DNA of 64,000 nt from Candidatus Sumerlaeaceae bacterium (GCA_019695055.1 JAIBAT010000143.1:22571-86570); one strand, 5' to 3'; shown: positions 53,785-64,000, counted from the first letter of the stretch. Notes: generated by a model not told the origin, from the letters alone. Program-made: numbers and translations.

Positions 53785-54786
53785 TTAGCTCGCTTTCGTT
53801 TCCTTGAGGGCCAGCAATGTCCGGCGTACCACCGTCTTAAACAACGGAACCTTGTAGGCGTTTTGTTCCAGCGGCGACGCATCCTTCACGGCAAGCTCAC
53901 CCGCCCTAGCTGCATTCTCTTCATTGAGGGGTTTCCCCTTCAGGAATTCCTCAGCTTCGGTCGCGCGATGGGGCACTGGAGCCGCCGAACCCAGCACAAT
54001 ACGGCAGGCTTCCACATTGGCGCCGGACAATTTCGCCACCACGGCAACATCCGCAAGCGGCCAGTCGTAGGATTGCTTCTCGCGAATCTTGATATAGGCG
54101 CTGGCCATTCCCGCCGCCGATGCGGGAATCACGATTTCCGTGATCAGGTCCTTCGGGCCCAACACATTCTCACGACGCACATTATCCTTTGGGCGTACAA
54201 AGAACTTCTCAATGTCCACGGTGCGCTCACCCGACGAACTGGCAATCTTGAGTTGCGCACCAAAAGCCACAAGTGCAACGCCCGCCGCACTGGGATGGAC
54301 AATCACGCACGGTTCACCCTCCGTGAAAATGGCGTGATAGCGGTTCTCGCCTTCCTTTGCGAAGCACTTTTCGCCACCCTTGCGCATGCAGGGGAAATCT
54401 TCGCTTCGGAAATACCAGCATCGGGGGCGCTGGCATAGGTTGCCGCCGATGGTGGCCAGGTTGCGAATCTGAGGTGTGGCCGCCTTGCCAGCCGCTCTCG
54501 CCAGGGCGGGGTGGCTTTTCTGCAGTTCGGGGTGTGCCGCAATTTCCGCCAGTGTGACCAGCGGGCCGATGCGCACCTCGCCATTTTCCACTTTAATATA
54601 TTTTAGGCTGGGGGCTGTCTTGATGTTGACGAGTTTCTTCGGCTCATAGAGCCGCTCCTTCATCAGGTCGAGCAGGTCCACGCCCCCTGCATAGAGCGCA
54701 GCCTCGGACCATCCGGCCCCAAGCTGACCCATGGCCTCGGCGGGGGACGTGGCGTTTACGTAATCAAAAACCGGAAGTGAACTCAT
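53785..54786 (-). CDS. xanthine dehydrogenase family FAD-binding subunit (PaoB/CoxM-like)
   Basis: YAGGVDLLDLMKE, ATIGGNLCQRPRCWYFR. 4-nt overlap with the Moco subunit gene. Confidence 0.88.
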   Translation of the reverse strand: MSSLPVFDYVNATSPAEAMGQLGAGWSEAALYAGGVDLLDLMKERLYEPKKLVNIKTAPSLKYIKVENGEVRIGPLVTLAEIAAHPELQKSHPALARAAGKAATPQIRNLATIGGNLCQRPRCWYFRSEDFPCMRKGGEKCFAKEGENRYHAIFTEGEPCVIVHPSAAGVALVAFGAQLKIASSSGERTVDIEKFFVRPKDNVRRENVLGPKDLITEIVIPASAAGMASAYIKIREKQSYDWPLADVAVVAKLSGANVEACRIVLGSAAPVPHRATEAEEFLKGKPLNEENAARAGELAVKDASPLEQNAYKVPLFKTVVRRTLLALKETKAS

Positions 54787-57029
54787 GCGGTTTTAGCTCC
54801 TTCCTTCCTGGCCAGTGCGGCAATAATCTTGTCGGGCGTCATTGGAAGTTCGAAAATCCGAACCCCAATGGCATTATAGATGGCGTTGGCGATCGCCGCG
54901 GCTGTGGGAATGACGGGCGCCTCCCCAAGCCCCATGGCGCCCACGCTATTGCGCCCGTTGGCCACATCTAACACGATGGACTTAATCTCCGGGCAATCCT
55001 TCGGCCCGGCAATCTTGTACTCCATGAAGTTTGCGTTCACCATTTTTCCGGCGCTCTTGTCCATGATGCGGTCTTCAAAGAGTGCATAACTCAGCCCTTG
55101 GATGACTCCACCAGAAATTTGCGATTCCGAGCACAGCTTATTGATGATGCGGCCGGCGTCCTGAACGGCGACGACCCGCAGCACGCGGACCACGCCGGTT
55201 TCCGTGTCCACCTCAACTTCCGCAAACTGGCATCCCGCCGTGTTGCCACGGTAGCCGTCGTAGTTCGCCTCGCGATCAGCAGAGCCAGTCACCTTGTCCG
55301 CGGTCAGCGCGGCACAGGCTTTCTTGAACGGCAGGCTCTTCGAAGGATCACTGGCCACAAAGACCTTTCCGTCCTTCGCAGAGATATCGTCCGGTTTTAC
55401 CTGCCACGTGGTCGCCAGCGCCTCGAAGAGTTTCCTCTTCGCGGCGTACGCCGCCGCATGAACCGCGGGAGCTACGGTCGGCGTCGTCGTGCTGCCGCCG
55501 CTTCCCGGTCCATAGGGAAACCGGCTGTCGGCAGCCCTTACGGTAATGTCTTCCGGCTTTAGCCCAAGTTCCTCCGCCACGAGAATGGCCAGCACCGTCT
55601 TAAACCCGGTGCCTATATCTTGAGCACCCTGGTACACAGTGACTTCGCCGCCCTTTCCGATTTCCACGTCCGCCTTGGCGTCCTTGCCACCCCCAGCGTA
55701 CCAAAGCGTTCCGGCTACACCCATGCCTCGTTTCAGTGGCCCGTCGGCTTTTCCCCCTCCAGCGACTTTCGGCCGGTTTGGCCAGCCGATTTCCTTCGCA
55801 CCCAGATTAAACTGCGCGCGGCGCACGGGATTGTCATCATTCAGCATTCGGAATTCCAATGGGTCCAGCCCAAGCTCATAGGCCAGCATATCCATGGACT
55901 GCTCCATGGCAAAGATACCCTGGGGATGCCCCGGCGCCCGCATGGCAGCAGAGGAGCCTGCATTGGTAAAGACGTCCGACTCCGCCTTGTAGGTGGCATC
56001 CCGGTTAAGGTTATAAATCGCCGGGATGGTGCATCCTGCACCACCCCCAACTCCACCAGTCCCAAAAGTGGTAGCGGATATGGCAGTCAACTTGCCAGTC
56101 GAATCCGCCCCCAGTTTAACCTTTTGCAAGGAGTTCGGGCGATTACCCACCGCGAGGTGCTCCTCCTTGCGGGTCAGCATCAGCTTTACGGGCGCGTTGG
56201 CCTGTCGGGCAAGTTTGGTACAGAGCACGCCCTCAACACCCGGCCCAAACTTCGCGCCAAAACCACCTCCCACAAAGGTCGAAATCACACGCACTTGCTC
56301 GGCTTTCAGACCAAGATTGCTGGACAAGCCGTCGCGAACGCTGAATACGCCCTGCGTTGAGGCCCAGACCTTGATACCGTCCCCATCGGGTGCAACCACA
56401 AGGCCGTGGGTCTCCAAAGCCGAGTGGGTCTGCACTTGCGTGCGGAAGGTCGCTTCAATCTTCTTGGAAGAACCGGCCAATTTGGCGTCCACCGCCGCGG
56501 CATCACCGCGTGGGTTCTTTCCCCGAACGTTGCTCTTGCCATCGTTTACAATCGGCGCGTCGGCCTTCATTGCGTCGTCCAGATCCACAACGAAAGGTTG
56601 TGGATCATACTCGATTTTTACCGCCCGGACCGCATCATCGGCACGCTCAGGCGAATCGGCAGCAATGGCCAGAATCTCGTCGCCCGCATAGCGCAGCTTC
56701 TTCTCGCCAATCTTGGACTCATCAAATGCAAAAACCAGCGCTTTCACTCCAGGCATCTTCATCGCCGCAGCGGTATCCACGGACTTGACGATGGCCGCCG
56801 CATGCGGCGAGCGCAGGATGCGCCCGTAAAGCATGCCGGGCAAGTTTATGTCATAGGTGTACTTTGCACGCCCAGTGACTTTATCCGGACCATCCACGCG
56901 GGGAACGTTGGTCCCAACCACGGCCAGCTTGGAATCCAAATCCCAGGCCGGGGGCGAGGTGTCGGGCGGGTTGATCTTGAGTTCCTTCGAATCGCCGGAA
57001 AATCCCACTCGCACAGTTTTCTCAGTCAT
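54783..57029 (-). CDS. xanthine dehydrogenase family molybdopterin-binding subunit (PaoC/CoxL-like)
   Basis: About 750 aa. GGGFGAK, AMRAPGHPQG, and GLGEAPVIPTAAAIANAI near the C-terminus. Confidence 0.9.
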   Translation of the reverse strand: MTEKTVRVGFSGDSKELKINPPDTSPPAWDLDSKLAVVGTNVPRVDGPDKVTGRAKYTYDINLPGMLYGRILRSPHAAAIVKSVDTAAAMKMPGVKALVFAFDESKIGEKKLRYAGDEILAIAADSPERADDAVRAVKIEYDPQPFVVDLDDAMKADAPIVNDGKSNVRGKNPRGDAAAVDAKLAGSSKKIEATFRTQVQTHSALETHGLVVAPDGDGIKVWASTQGVFSVRDGLSSNLGLKAEQVRVISTFVGGGFGAKFGPGVEGVLCTKLARQANAPVKLMLTRKEEHLAVGNRPNSLQKVKLGADSTGKLTAISATTFGTGGVGGGAGCTIPAIYNLNRDATYKAESDVFTNAGSSAAMRAPGHPQGIFAMEQSMDMLAYELGLDPLEFRMLNDDNPVRRAQFNLGAKEIGWPNRPKVAGGGKADGPLKRGMGVAGTLWYAGGGKDAKADVEIGKGGEVTVYQGAQDIGTGFKTVLAILVAEELGLKPEDITVRAADSRFPYGPGSGGSTTTPTVAPAVHAAAYAAKRKLFEALATTWQVKPDDISAKDGKVFVASDPSKSLPFKKACAALTADKVTGSADREANYDGYRGNTAGCQFAEVEVDTETGVVRVLRVVAVQDAGRIINKLCSESQISGGVIQGLSYALFEDRIMDKSAGKMVNANFMEYKIAGPKDCPEIKSIVLDVANGRNSVGAMGLGEAPVIPTAAAIANAIYNAIGVRIFELPMTPDKIIAALARKEGAKTA

Positions 57030-57670
57030 CCCCGTGCACCTCCCGCAACCTTCTCAATGGCTGCGAAAATGTGATCATAGGTGCCGCACCTGCAGATGTT
57101 GCCACTTAGCGCGTCTTGCATCTCCTCGCGTGTGGGATGCGGGTTTGTCTTCAAGAGCGACTTCGTAGCCATGATCAGGCCCGGCGTGCAAAAGCCGCAT
57201 TGCAGGGCGTCAAATTCGATAAACGCTGCCTGAATCGGATCCAACTTGTCACCGCTGGCCAGGCCCTCAATGGTCGTGATCTCTTTGCCTTGGGCGTCGA
57301 TGGCGAGCACCATGCACGACGTGACAAGCAGGCCATCCATGATGACGGAGCACGCGCCACAGGTTCCGCGGTCGCAGACGAGTTTGGACCCCGTGAGATC
57401 CAGCCTGTCCCGCAACGCATTGAGGAGCGTCGTTCGCGGCTCGACTTTCAGGTCGTGATCTTTCCCATTGATACGAAGTTTGATGGGGATTTCACCCGTA
57501 AAAACCTTGGGACCGGAGGGCTTTGGTGGAGCTTCTTCAGCGAGGACAACGGAACCACCGAGCAGCCCCGCGGCAGGAATCGCCACGGAGCCAAGCCCCA
57601 CACCTTTCAGGAATCCACGGCGCGATACGCCGCTCTTCGGGCGGGCGCCGTCATCAGATGAGTCGGACAT
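57026..57670 (-). CDS. (2Fe-2S)-binding subunit with Tat signal (PaoA-like)
   Basis: SRRGFLKGVGLGS twin-arginine signal. Cluster motifs CDRGTCGACSV and CGFCTPG, plus CRCGTY. AGGAG RBS before ATG 57670. Confidence 0.9.
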   Translation of the reverse strand: MSDSSDDGARPKSGVSRRGFLKGVGLGSVAIPAAGLLGGSVVLAEEAPPKPSGPKVFTGEIPIKLRINGKDHDLKVEPRTTLLNALRDRLDLTGSKLVCDRGTCGACSVIMDGLLVTSCMVLAIDAQGKEITTIEGLASGDKLDPIQAAFIEFDALQCGFCTPGLIMATKSLLKTNPHPTREEMQDALSGNICRCGTYDHIFAAIEKVAGGARG

Positions 57671-57824
57671 CAAAGGAACTCCTCTTGAACAGCATTGCAG
57701 TGTTGTTCAGAAAATAACGATGCTATGCATGAGTCAAGAGAGGAAAGATCGTGAAAGCTCTTTTCACAATCGCCTGAAGCGACGAGGGCGCCCACATTAG
57801 CTCCTCTCTTTGCGTCTGGGCCTC

Positions 57825-60800
57825 TTAAGCGTCGTAATTGAGAACTGGCGCCAGCCACCGCTCCAATTCGGCCAATTCCATTCTCTTTCGGGCTTGGTAA
57901 TCCGCCACTTGGTCCCGGTCAATCTTTCCGACGGCAAAGTACTTTGCCGAGGGATGCGCGAAATAGAGCCCGCTTACGCTGGCCCCGGGATACATGGCGC
58001 AACTCTCAGTAAGCTTAATGCCGGCCTTCTTCTCCGGATCCAGCAGGTTCCAAAGGGTCCACTTCTCTGTGTGGTCCGGGCATGCCGGATACCCTGCCGC
58101 CGGGCGAATGCCGCGGTACTTCTCGGCAATCAGCTGGTCATTGGTCAGGTTCTCGCCGCGGCCAAAGCCCCATTCCTCTCGCACGCGCTTATGCAGCATT
58201 TCGGCAAAGGCTTCGGCGAGTCGGTCCGCCAGAGCCTTGGTCATGATGCCATTGTAATCGTCGTGATCCTTCTCGTATTTGCGCGCCAATTCATCCGCAC
58301 CAATGCCAGCAGTAACGGCAAAGGCCCCAATATGGTCGGCAAGGCCGCTCTCACGCGGCGCGACAAAGTCCGCCAGCGATTGGTATGGCTGCCCCGCGGG
58401 TCGCTCCAGTTGCTGGCGCAAAAAATGAAACGTCGTGAGCACGGACTTGCGCGACTCATCCGTGTAGAGCTCCACATCGTCACCGACGCTGTTCGCCGGG
58501 AACAGGCCGTAAACCCCGCGGGCCTTAATGAGCTTGTTGTCAACGATCTCCTTGAGCAGTTTCTGCGCGTCATCGAACAGCTCCCGCGCTTTCTCCCCCA
58601 CAGTGGCGTCGTCAAAAATGTTCGGGTAACGCCCCCGCAACTCCCATGTGTGGAAGAATGGTGACCAGTCAATAAACGGCACCAGTTCGCTCAGGGGCAG
58701 ATCATCAATGACACGAACGCCCGTGAATTCCGGTTGCGCGATGTCGGCCGCTTTCCACTCGATCCGGGTGCGCTGGCGGCGCGCATCGGTTATGTTGGCC
58801 AGTTTGCGCGTCCCTTGGCTCGCGGCGTGTTCCTCGCGCAGTCTCTGTTGCTCCGCGCGGTTCTTCTCGTCGAAGGCCGGGCGCAGCTTATCGTTGACGA
58901 GACTCGCCACAACTCCGACCGCGCGCGACGCATCCAGCACATGGACCACTTCCCCACTGTAGTGCTGCGCAATCTTCACGGCTGTGTGCTTCTTGCTAGT
59001 TGTGGCACCGCCAATCAGCAGCGGAATCCGGAATCCCCCTCGCTCCATCTCCTTCGCCACATGGACCATTTCATCCAGCGAAGGCGTAATGAGCCCGCTC
59101 AGACCCAGCACGTCGGCGTTGTGCTCACGGGCAGCCGCAAGAATTTTGTCGCAGGCCACCATGACCCCGAGATCGATGACCTCGTAATTGTTGCAACCCA
59201 GTACGACGCCAACAATGTTCTTGCCGATATCGTGAACGTCGCCCTTCACCGTGGCGATAACCATCTTCCCCTGAGGCTTCATGCCCGGATTGGCCCGTTT
59301 CTCCGCTTCTAGGTAGGGCAGCAACACCGCCACCGACTTCTTCATGACCCGGGCACTCTTCACAACTTGCGGCAGGAACATCTTTCCAGCCCCGAACAGG
59401 TCGCCCACAACGTTCATTCCGTCCATGAGCGGCCCCTCGATCACGGCCAGTGGACGCTTGTACTTTTCCAGAGCCTCCAGGGTGTCGGCATCCACGTGGT
59501 CCAGCAGCCCCTTGATCAGAGCATGCTGCAGGCGCTCCTCAACAGTGCCACCGCGCCACTCTTCGCTTTTCACCTCGGCGGGGCCCTGCTTCTTGACGGT
59601 GTCGGCAAAAGCCACAAGCCGCTCCGTGGCGTCCGGCCGGCGGTTCAGGAGCACGTCCTCCACCAATTCCAACAAATCCTTGGGGATCTCCTCGTAAACG
59701 GCAAGCTGGCCCGCGTTCACAATTCCCATGTCGAGACCAGCCTGAATGGCATGGTACAGGAACGCCGAGTGCATCGCCTCGCGCACCGTGTTGTTGCCGC
59801 GGAACGAAAACGAGATATTGCTGACGCCTCCACTGACCCGGCACCCGGGCAGCGTTTGCTTGATGTGGCTCGTGGCCTCAATGAAGTCCACCGCATAATT
59901 ATTATGCTCATCAATACCCGTGGCTACCGTAAGGATGTTCGGATCGAAGATGATATCCTCCGCCGGGAACCCAATCTCCTTGGTCAGGATATTGTAAGCC
60001 CGCGTGCAGATCTCCACCTTGCGCGCCATCGTGTCGGCCTGTCCCTGCTCGTCGAATGCCATGACGACGACACCGGCGCCGTATTTTCGGACCAGTCGTG
60101 CGGACTTGCGAAACGCCTCCTCCCCTTCCTTGAGGCTGATGGAGTTCACCACTCCCTTGCCTTGAATACATTTCAGGCCCGCCTCAATGACCGACCACTT
60201 CGAGCTGTCGATCATGATCGGCACGCGCGCAATTTCAGGGTCTGCTGAAATGAGATTCAGAAAGGTCGTCATGACCTTCTCTGAATCCAGCATTCCCTCG
60301 TCCATGTTTACATCGATGATGTTTGCGCCGCTCTCCACCTGCTGGCGCGCGATGGCGAGGGCCTCCTCATATTTCTCTTCCTTGATGAGCTTCGCAAATT
60401 TGGGGGAACCCGTGACGTTTGTGCGCTCGCCAATGTTCGTGAATAGAACCTCTTCGCGCAACACCAGGGGTTCGAGTCCGCTGAATCTTGTGACTCGCGG
60501 AATCTCAGGCACCACTCGCGGCGGAAGATCCTTCACGGCCTCGCGGATCGCCGCAATGTGAGGCGGTGTTGTGCCACAGCAACCACCCACAATGTTCAGC
60601 CAACCATTTTTCGCAAAATCCCGCAATTCCGCCGCCACCATGTCCGGTGTTTCGTCGAAACCGGTTTCGGACAGCGGGTTGGGCAACCCTGCGTTGGGAT
60701 AGCAACTCACATGAATTGGCACCAGATGCGCCAATTCCTCTATATAAGGGCGCATCTGCTTTGGCCCAAGCGCGCAGTTAATGCCCACGCTCAACAAATT

Positions 60801-61523
60801 CATGTGGGAAATGGACGTCCAGAACGCCTCAAGGGTCTGGCCCGACAGCGTGCGGCCGCTCTGGTCGGTGATTGTCACCGAAACCATCACCGGCAGGCTG
60901 CGCCCGGTATCCTCAAAATAACTTTGAATCGCGAACAGCGCCGCTTTCATGACCAGCGTATCAAAGGACGTCTCGCACAGCAGCAAGTCCACGCCACCGT
61001 CCACAAGTCCGCGAACCTGCTCATAGTAGGCCGTGGCTATCTGGTCGAAGGTGTTTGAGCGCAACGCGGGGTTGTTCACATCCGTCGCCAGTGAAAGCGA
61101 ACGCGTCGTCGGTCCGACAGCGCCCGCCACAAACCGATGGTGCCCCGGCTCGCGCTGCATTGCGGCCTCCGTCGCCCGCCGCGCCACTCTTGCGGCTGCG
61201 ACATTCAGGTCGTAAACGATGGATTCCATCTGGTAATCCGCCATCGAGATTGCTTGGGCATTGAACGTGTTGGTCTCGATGATGTCCGCACCCGAGTCGA
61301 GATACTTCCCGTGAATTTCCTCGATCACGTGCGGCTGTGTCAGGACGAGCAGGTCATTGTTCCCTTTGACATCGCAGCAATGGTTGGCAAACCGCTGGCC
61401 TCGGTAATCCGCCTCGCCCAGTTTGTAGGTCTGCACCATGGTCCCCATGGCGCCATCAATGATGAGAATCCGCTCGCTGAGCAGTTTGCGCAGGAGCGCC
61501 TCGCTGTGGTGTTTCTGACTCAC
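57825..61523 (-). CDS. metH: cobalamin-dependent methionine synthase
   Basis: [15 protein letters not shown]-terminus. B12 motif [11 protein letters not shown]. Full four-module length. The GTG at 61523 aligns with the E. coli N-terminus, while the ORF opens with TTG at 61571. Confidence 0.93.
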   Translation of the reverse strand: MSQKHHSEALLRKLLSERILIIDGAMGTMVQTYKLGEADYRGQRFANHCCDVKGNNDLLVLTQPHVIEEIHGKYLDSGADIIETNTFNAQAISMADYQMESIVYDLNVAAARVARRATEAAMQREPGHHRFVAGAVGPTTRSLSLATDVNNPALRSNTFDQIATAYYEQVRGLVDGGVDLLLCETSFDTLVMKAALFAIQSYFEDTGRSLPVMVSVTITDQSGRTLSGQTLEAFWTSISHMNLLSVGINCALGPKQMRPYIEELAHLVPIHVSCYPNAGLPNPLSETGFDETPDMVAAELRDFAKNGWLNIVGGCCGTTPPHIAAIREAVKDLPPRVVPEIPRVTRFSGLEPLVLREEVLFTNIGERTNVTGSPKFAKLIKEEKYEEALAIARQQVESGANIIDVNMDEGMLDSEKVMTTFLNLISADPEIARVPIMIDSSKWSVIEAGLKCIQGKGVVNSISLKEGEEAFRKSARLVRKYGAGVVVMAFDEQGQADTMARKVEICTRAYNILTKEIGFPAEDIIFDPNILTVATGIDEHNNYAVDFIEATSHIKQTLPGCRVSGGVSNISFSFRGNNTVREAMHSAFLYHAIQAGLDMGIVNAGQLAVYEEIPKDLLELVEDVLLNRRPDATERLVAFADTVKKQGPAEVKSEEWRGGTVEERLQHALIKGLLDHVDADTLEALEKYKRPLAVIEGPLMDGMNVVGDLFGAGKMFLPQVVKSARVMKKSVAVLLPYLEAEKRANPGMKPQGKMVIATVKGDVHDIGKNIVGVVLGCNNYEVIDLGVMVACDKILAAAREHNADVLGLSGLITPSLDEMVHVAKEMERGGFRIPLLIGGATTSKKHTAVKIAQHYSGEVVHVLDASRAVGVVASLVNDKLRPAFDEKNRAEQQRLREEHAASQGTRKLANITDARRQRTRIEWKAADIAQPEFTGVRVIDDLPLSELVPFIDWSPFFHTWELRGRYPNIFDDATVGEKARELFDDAQKLLKEIVDNKLIKARGVYGLFPANSVGDDVELYTDESRKSVLTTFHFLRQQLERPAGQPYQSLADFVAPRESGLADHIGAFAVTAGIGADELARKYEKDHDDYNGIMTKALADRLAEAFAEMLHKRVREEWGFGRGENLTNDQLIAEKYRGIRPAAGYPACPDHTEKWTLWNLLDPEKKAGIKLTESCAMYPGASVSGLYFAHPSAKYFAVGKIDRDQVADYQARKRMELAELERWLAPVLNYDA

Positions 61524-61635
61524 GTGATTGATTTTACCCACTTTATCCGGTATTTTTACCCACGATTGCAAGGGGTTCTACCGGAAGCGGCACGGGAAGT
61601 TCAAACGCCTGGGGCAGGAATTTTGGGCTGGGAAC

Positions 61636-62592
61636 TCAACCTCGTGGACGGCTGAGCGCCGTAATGACCCACTCCGACATGCGCGCAAACCGCTCCGCTG
61701 GCCATCCCCCCCTGAATCCGACCGCTTGCGCGCGAGCCACGCGGGTCATTTCCGCAGCAGCCGCGTCGTACTCCCCCGCGTGCCGTTCCGAACCCGCCCT
61801 GAAACGAGCCTCAAATGTTCCGATGCGCCCACGTTCATCTCGGGCAAGTGCGGCAAGGTACTCCGCCGCAACAGCATGATCGTGAATCTCCCCCAACGTC
61901 TCCTGCATCGCCGCAAACGCGCCCAATACGGCGGCCTTTTCGTCGCCATCGGGCAGCGCTATTTCCAGGCCGTACCTTAGCCGCTTGCCCGCTATGCGGA
62001 GCTGATGCAGTATTGCCGTCGTGTAATCCTGTTGAACAACCTCGACGGCGATGCGTCGAAAGCGTTCCACCATCGGCAAAGTCCGTGCCGGCACAAAACC
62101 TTCACCGGACCCAATCCGTTGCGCCAACCGCTCTTGAAAGCCGTCCCTTTGAATTCGTCGCAGTTTCTCGATCAAACCCGAACCCAAGAGGGGGGAAAAT
62201 GACTCGCGAATCTCGCGTTGTCGGCCAATCCGCGATGTCCGGATCCTCTCGCGCAACAAGTTGATCGCCTCGCCGCCACTACACGGAGATTTCTGCAGCA
62301 GCATCCCCAGAATGTCAAGATCACGAAATTGCCCCAAGGCGCGCCGGCTGCGGCGCACCTTGCGGGCAAGCTTGCCGTGCCCGGCGGGCAGGATTGGTTC
62401 CAGGAACTCCAGAGCCGCCACAAGCCGCCGCGCTGCCACACGGGTATCGTGAACAGCCTCCGCATCATCAACACCACCCCGCATCATCGTGGCAGAAGTT
62501 CTCAAGAATTCCCCCGCCCGGCGCGCCAGAATTGCGCCCAAATTTAAATTCCCGGGGTTGGGTTGCCGGGGGAATGGCGATTCCTTAGTCAT
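61636..62592 (-). CDS. CHAD domain-containing protein
   Basis: Helical, Arg- and His-rich, with VHDTRVAARRLVAALEF and LHQLRIAGKRLRYGLE repeats typical of CHAD. Confidence 0.75.
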   Translation of the reverse strand: MTKESPFPRQPNPGNLNLGAILARRAGEFLRTSATMMRGGVDDAEAVHDTRVAARRLVAALEFLEPILPAGHGKLARKVRRSRRALGQFRDLDILGMLLQKSPCSGGEAINLLRERIRTSRIGRQREIRESFSPLLGSGLIEKLRRIQRDGFQERLAQRIGSGEGFVPARTLPMVERFRRIAVEVVQQDYTTAILHQLRIAGKRLRYGLEIALPDGDEKAAVLGAFAAMQETLGEIHDHAVAAEYLAALARDERGRIGTFEARFRAGSERHAGEYDAAAAEMTRVARAQAVGFRGGWPAERFARMSEWVITALSRPRG

Positions 62593-62657
62593 TGCGCACT
62601 ACACGTAAGCCGGTCAGGCTTCATCATTAGTTACGCAAAACAGGGTTCCCAATTCCC

Positions 62658-63377
62658 ATGACAAGCATGATCGCAACCTACCTTTCAGCACTGCCCACCG
62701 TGGCTCGCCATGGCGAAGTCTTTATGGCACAGTTTGCCCGACTTGTGGAACTGCTTCTCGAGGCCAACCAACAGGTGAACCTCACTGCCATCACCGATCC
62801 CGCTGCCGTCGCGATTCAGCACATTGCCGATTCCCTGACGGCGCTGGATGCAGAACCGGCCCTTGGCACAGCAGGACGGGCCGCGGATATCGGTTCCGGT
62901 GCGGGGTTTCCTTTGCTCCCACTTGCCATCGTTACCCCCGCAATCCATTGGACCGCCATTGAATCCATCGCAAAGAAGTGCCGTTTCATCGAATCCACCG
63001 CCAGGGCTCTTGGGCTTGGGAATGTAGAAACGCACAGCCTTCGCGCCGAAGACGCAGGCAGGAGTGAATTGCGCGAAACCTTCGACTTGGCCACTGCCCG
63101 CGCTGTCGGTCCCATATCCAGTCTGTGCGAGGTCGGACTCCCGCTTCTCAAGATTGGCGGCATCCTGCTTCTCTACAAGACCCATCGCGCCGAGCCCGAA
63201 CTCGCAGCCGCATCGACAGCCATCGAGCGCCTCGGCGGCACCATGGAGCCATCCCACTCTTATTCCCTCCCCGGCGACGCTCAGAAACGCGCCATATTCC
63301 GCATCCGCAAATCAAGCCCAACCCCCAAAACCTACCCGCGGCGCGCAGGGGTCCCGTTCAAAAAACCGCTTTTGTAA
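62658..63377 (+). CDS. rsmG: 16S rRNA (guanine527-N7)-methyltransferase
   Basis: QQVNLTAITDPAAVAIQHIADSL and SAM motif DIGSGAGFPLLPLAI. Confidence 0.88.
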   Translation: MTSMIATYLSALPTVARHGEVFMAQFARLVELLLEANQQVNLTAITDPAAVAIQHIADSLTALDAEPALGTAGRAADIGSGAGFPLLPLAIVTPAIHWTAIESIAKKCRFIESTARALGLGNVETHSLRAEDAGRSELRETFDLATARAVGPISSLCEVGLPLLKIGGILLLYKTHRAEPELAAASTAIERLGGTMEPSHSYSLPGDAQKRAIFRIRKSSPTPKTYPRRAGVPFKKPLL

Positions 63378-63482
63378 GAACGTGTGCGTTGCAAAACAAG
63401 CTCCGGGCTCTGCTAATTTCCCAAAACGACCGGCCAGCATTAACCTTGATTTTCACCAAGCCTAAACCACCACTTGGCTTCA

Positions 63483-63761
63483 ATGAACTTCGAGTGGGAT
63501 CCGGAAAAAGCGGCAGCTTCTTTCGAGAAGCATGCGGTTTCGTTTGAGGAAGCAGCCTCGGTATTTGGCGACCCTCTTGCCGTGAGTTACCTCGATCCGG
63601 ACCATTCTCAGACAGAACACCGATTTCTGACCTTTGGATGTTCTCATTTCGGACGTCAGATTGTGGTTTCGCATACAGACCGTTTAAACCGTGTAAGAAT
63701 CATAACAGCGCGGCTTATGACTCGCCGCGAAAGGAAAGCGTATGAAGAAACAGAATTCTGA
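63483..63761 (+). CDS. brnT: BrnT-family (DUF497) toxin
   Basis: MNFEWDPEKAAASFEKHAVSFEEAASVFGDPLA...RIITARLMTRRERKAY is the canonical BrnT pattern. Confidence 0.8.
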   Translation: MNFEWDPEKAAASFEKHAVSFEEAASVFGDPLAVSYLDPDHSQTEHRFLTFGCSHFGRQIVVSHTDRLNRVRIITARLMTRRERKAYEETEF

Positions 63762-63987
63762 GACAATTCGCCCCGAATACAATCTCGCGGATCTGGGCAA
63801 AGGTATCCGCGGCAAACACTTCTCAAAGTATCAAGCGGGGGGAAATCTCGTACTGTTAAGCCCGGATGTTGCCAAGGCTTTCCCGACTTCTGAGGATGTT
63901 AATCGAGCCCTTCGCGAACTTCTCAAGCCGACAGAGAAATCGGCATCCGTACCTTCGCGGCTGGGAACTGGCAGCAAAAAAGCTTGA
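63742..63987 (+). CDS. putative cognate antitoxin (BrnA-like position)
   Basis: Overlaps brnT by 20 nt. EYNLADLGKGIRGKHFSKY...VLLSPDVAKAFPTSEDVNRALRELL is a pattern common in small antitoxins. Confidence 0.55.
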   Translation: MKKQNSETIRPEYNLADLGKGIRGKHFSKYQAGGNLVLLSPDVAKAFPTSEDVNRALRELLKPTEKSASVPSRLGTGSKKA

Positions 63988-64000
63988 TGAGGTTGGGTGT

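Noticed and set aside
57671-57824. Moco riboswitch assignment for the Pao-operon leader
   Set aside because: I could not match the conserved Moco motif nucleotides from memory. It is kept only as an unassigned structured region in the findings.
61524-61635. Cobalamin or SAM riboswitch upstream of metH
   Set aside because: Only about 64 to 110 nt are available before the CHAD gene stop. I see no B12-box-like sequence, and metH, unlike metE, is not usually riboswitch-controlled.
1-64000. tRNA, rRNA, transposase, integrase or prophage structural genes
   Set aside because: Scanning for T-loop-like GGTTCGAATCC motifs, rRNA-like segments and recombinase motifs found nothing convincing. The only mobile-like signals are the short repeats and TA loci already listed.

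Overview
High-GC bacterial chromosomal segment, densely coded, with about 58 supportable features. All calls come from reading the supplied translations and DNA; no searches were run. Domain content (Sel1, TlpA, lamin-tail domains, DNRLRE, TMTC-like TPR glycosyltransferase, multiheme cytochrome, many Tat or Sec-exported enzymes) suggests a PVC-group, Verrucomicrobiota-like organism, but that is inference. Housekeeping genes recognised from diagnostic motifs: dihydropyrimidinase, rplA, trxB, gatB, an aldehyde dehydrogenase, pilT, kdsB, hemW, metH and rsmG. Others include a CapD-like sugar dehydratase, a PaoABC-like Tat-exported molybdoenzyme, MATE and EamA transporters, and a GntR-ABC operon. 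I found no rRNA, tRNA, CRISPR array, transposase, integrase or reverse transcriptase. Most interesting: (1) a locus divergent from pilT that encodes a DNRLRE protein and two tandem 776-aa secreted EEP + lamin-tail + Fn3 paralogs. With a fourth secreted protein 5 kb away, these share a short C-terminal W-x-x-Y/D tail that may be an unrecognised sorting tag. (2) An rplA gene detached from rplK and rplJL, whose leader carries a 10-nt copy of the 23S L1-stalk sequence. (3) A repeat-flanked tandem duplication of a TlpA thioredoxin gene, whose outer repeat truncates a Doc toxin gene. (4) A three-gene cluster headed by a standalone Pnkp-type polynucleotide kinase module. (5) A Pao-like oxidoreductase operon ending in a small Cys-rich ORF and preceded by a structured leader. 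Start codons of several genes are uncertain and flagged.
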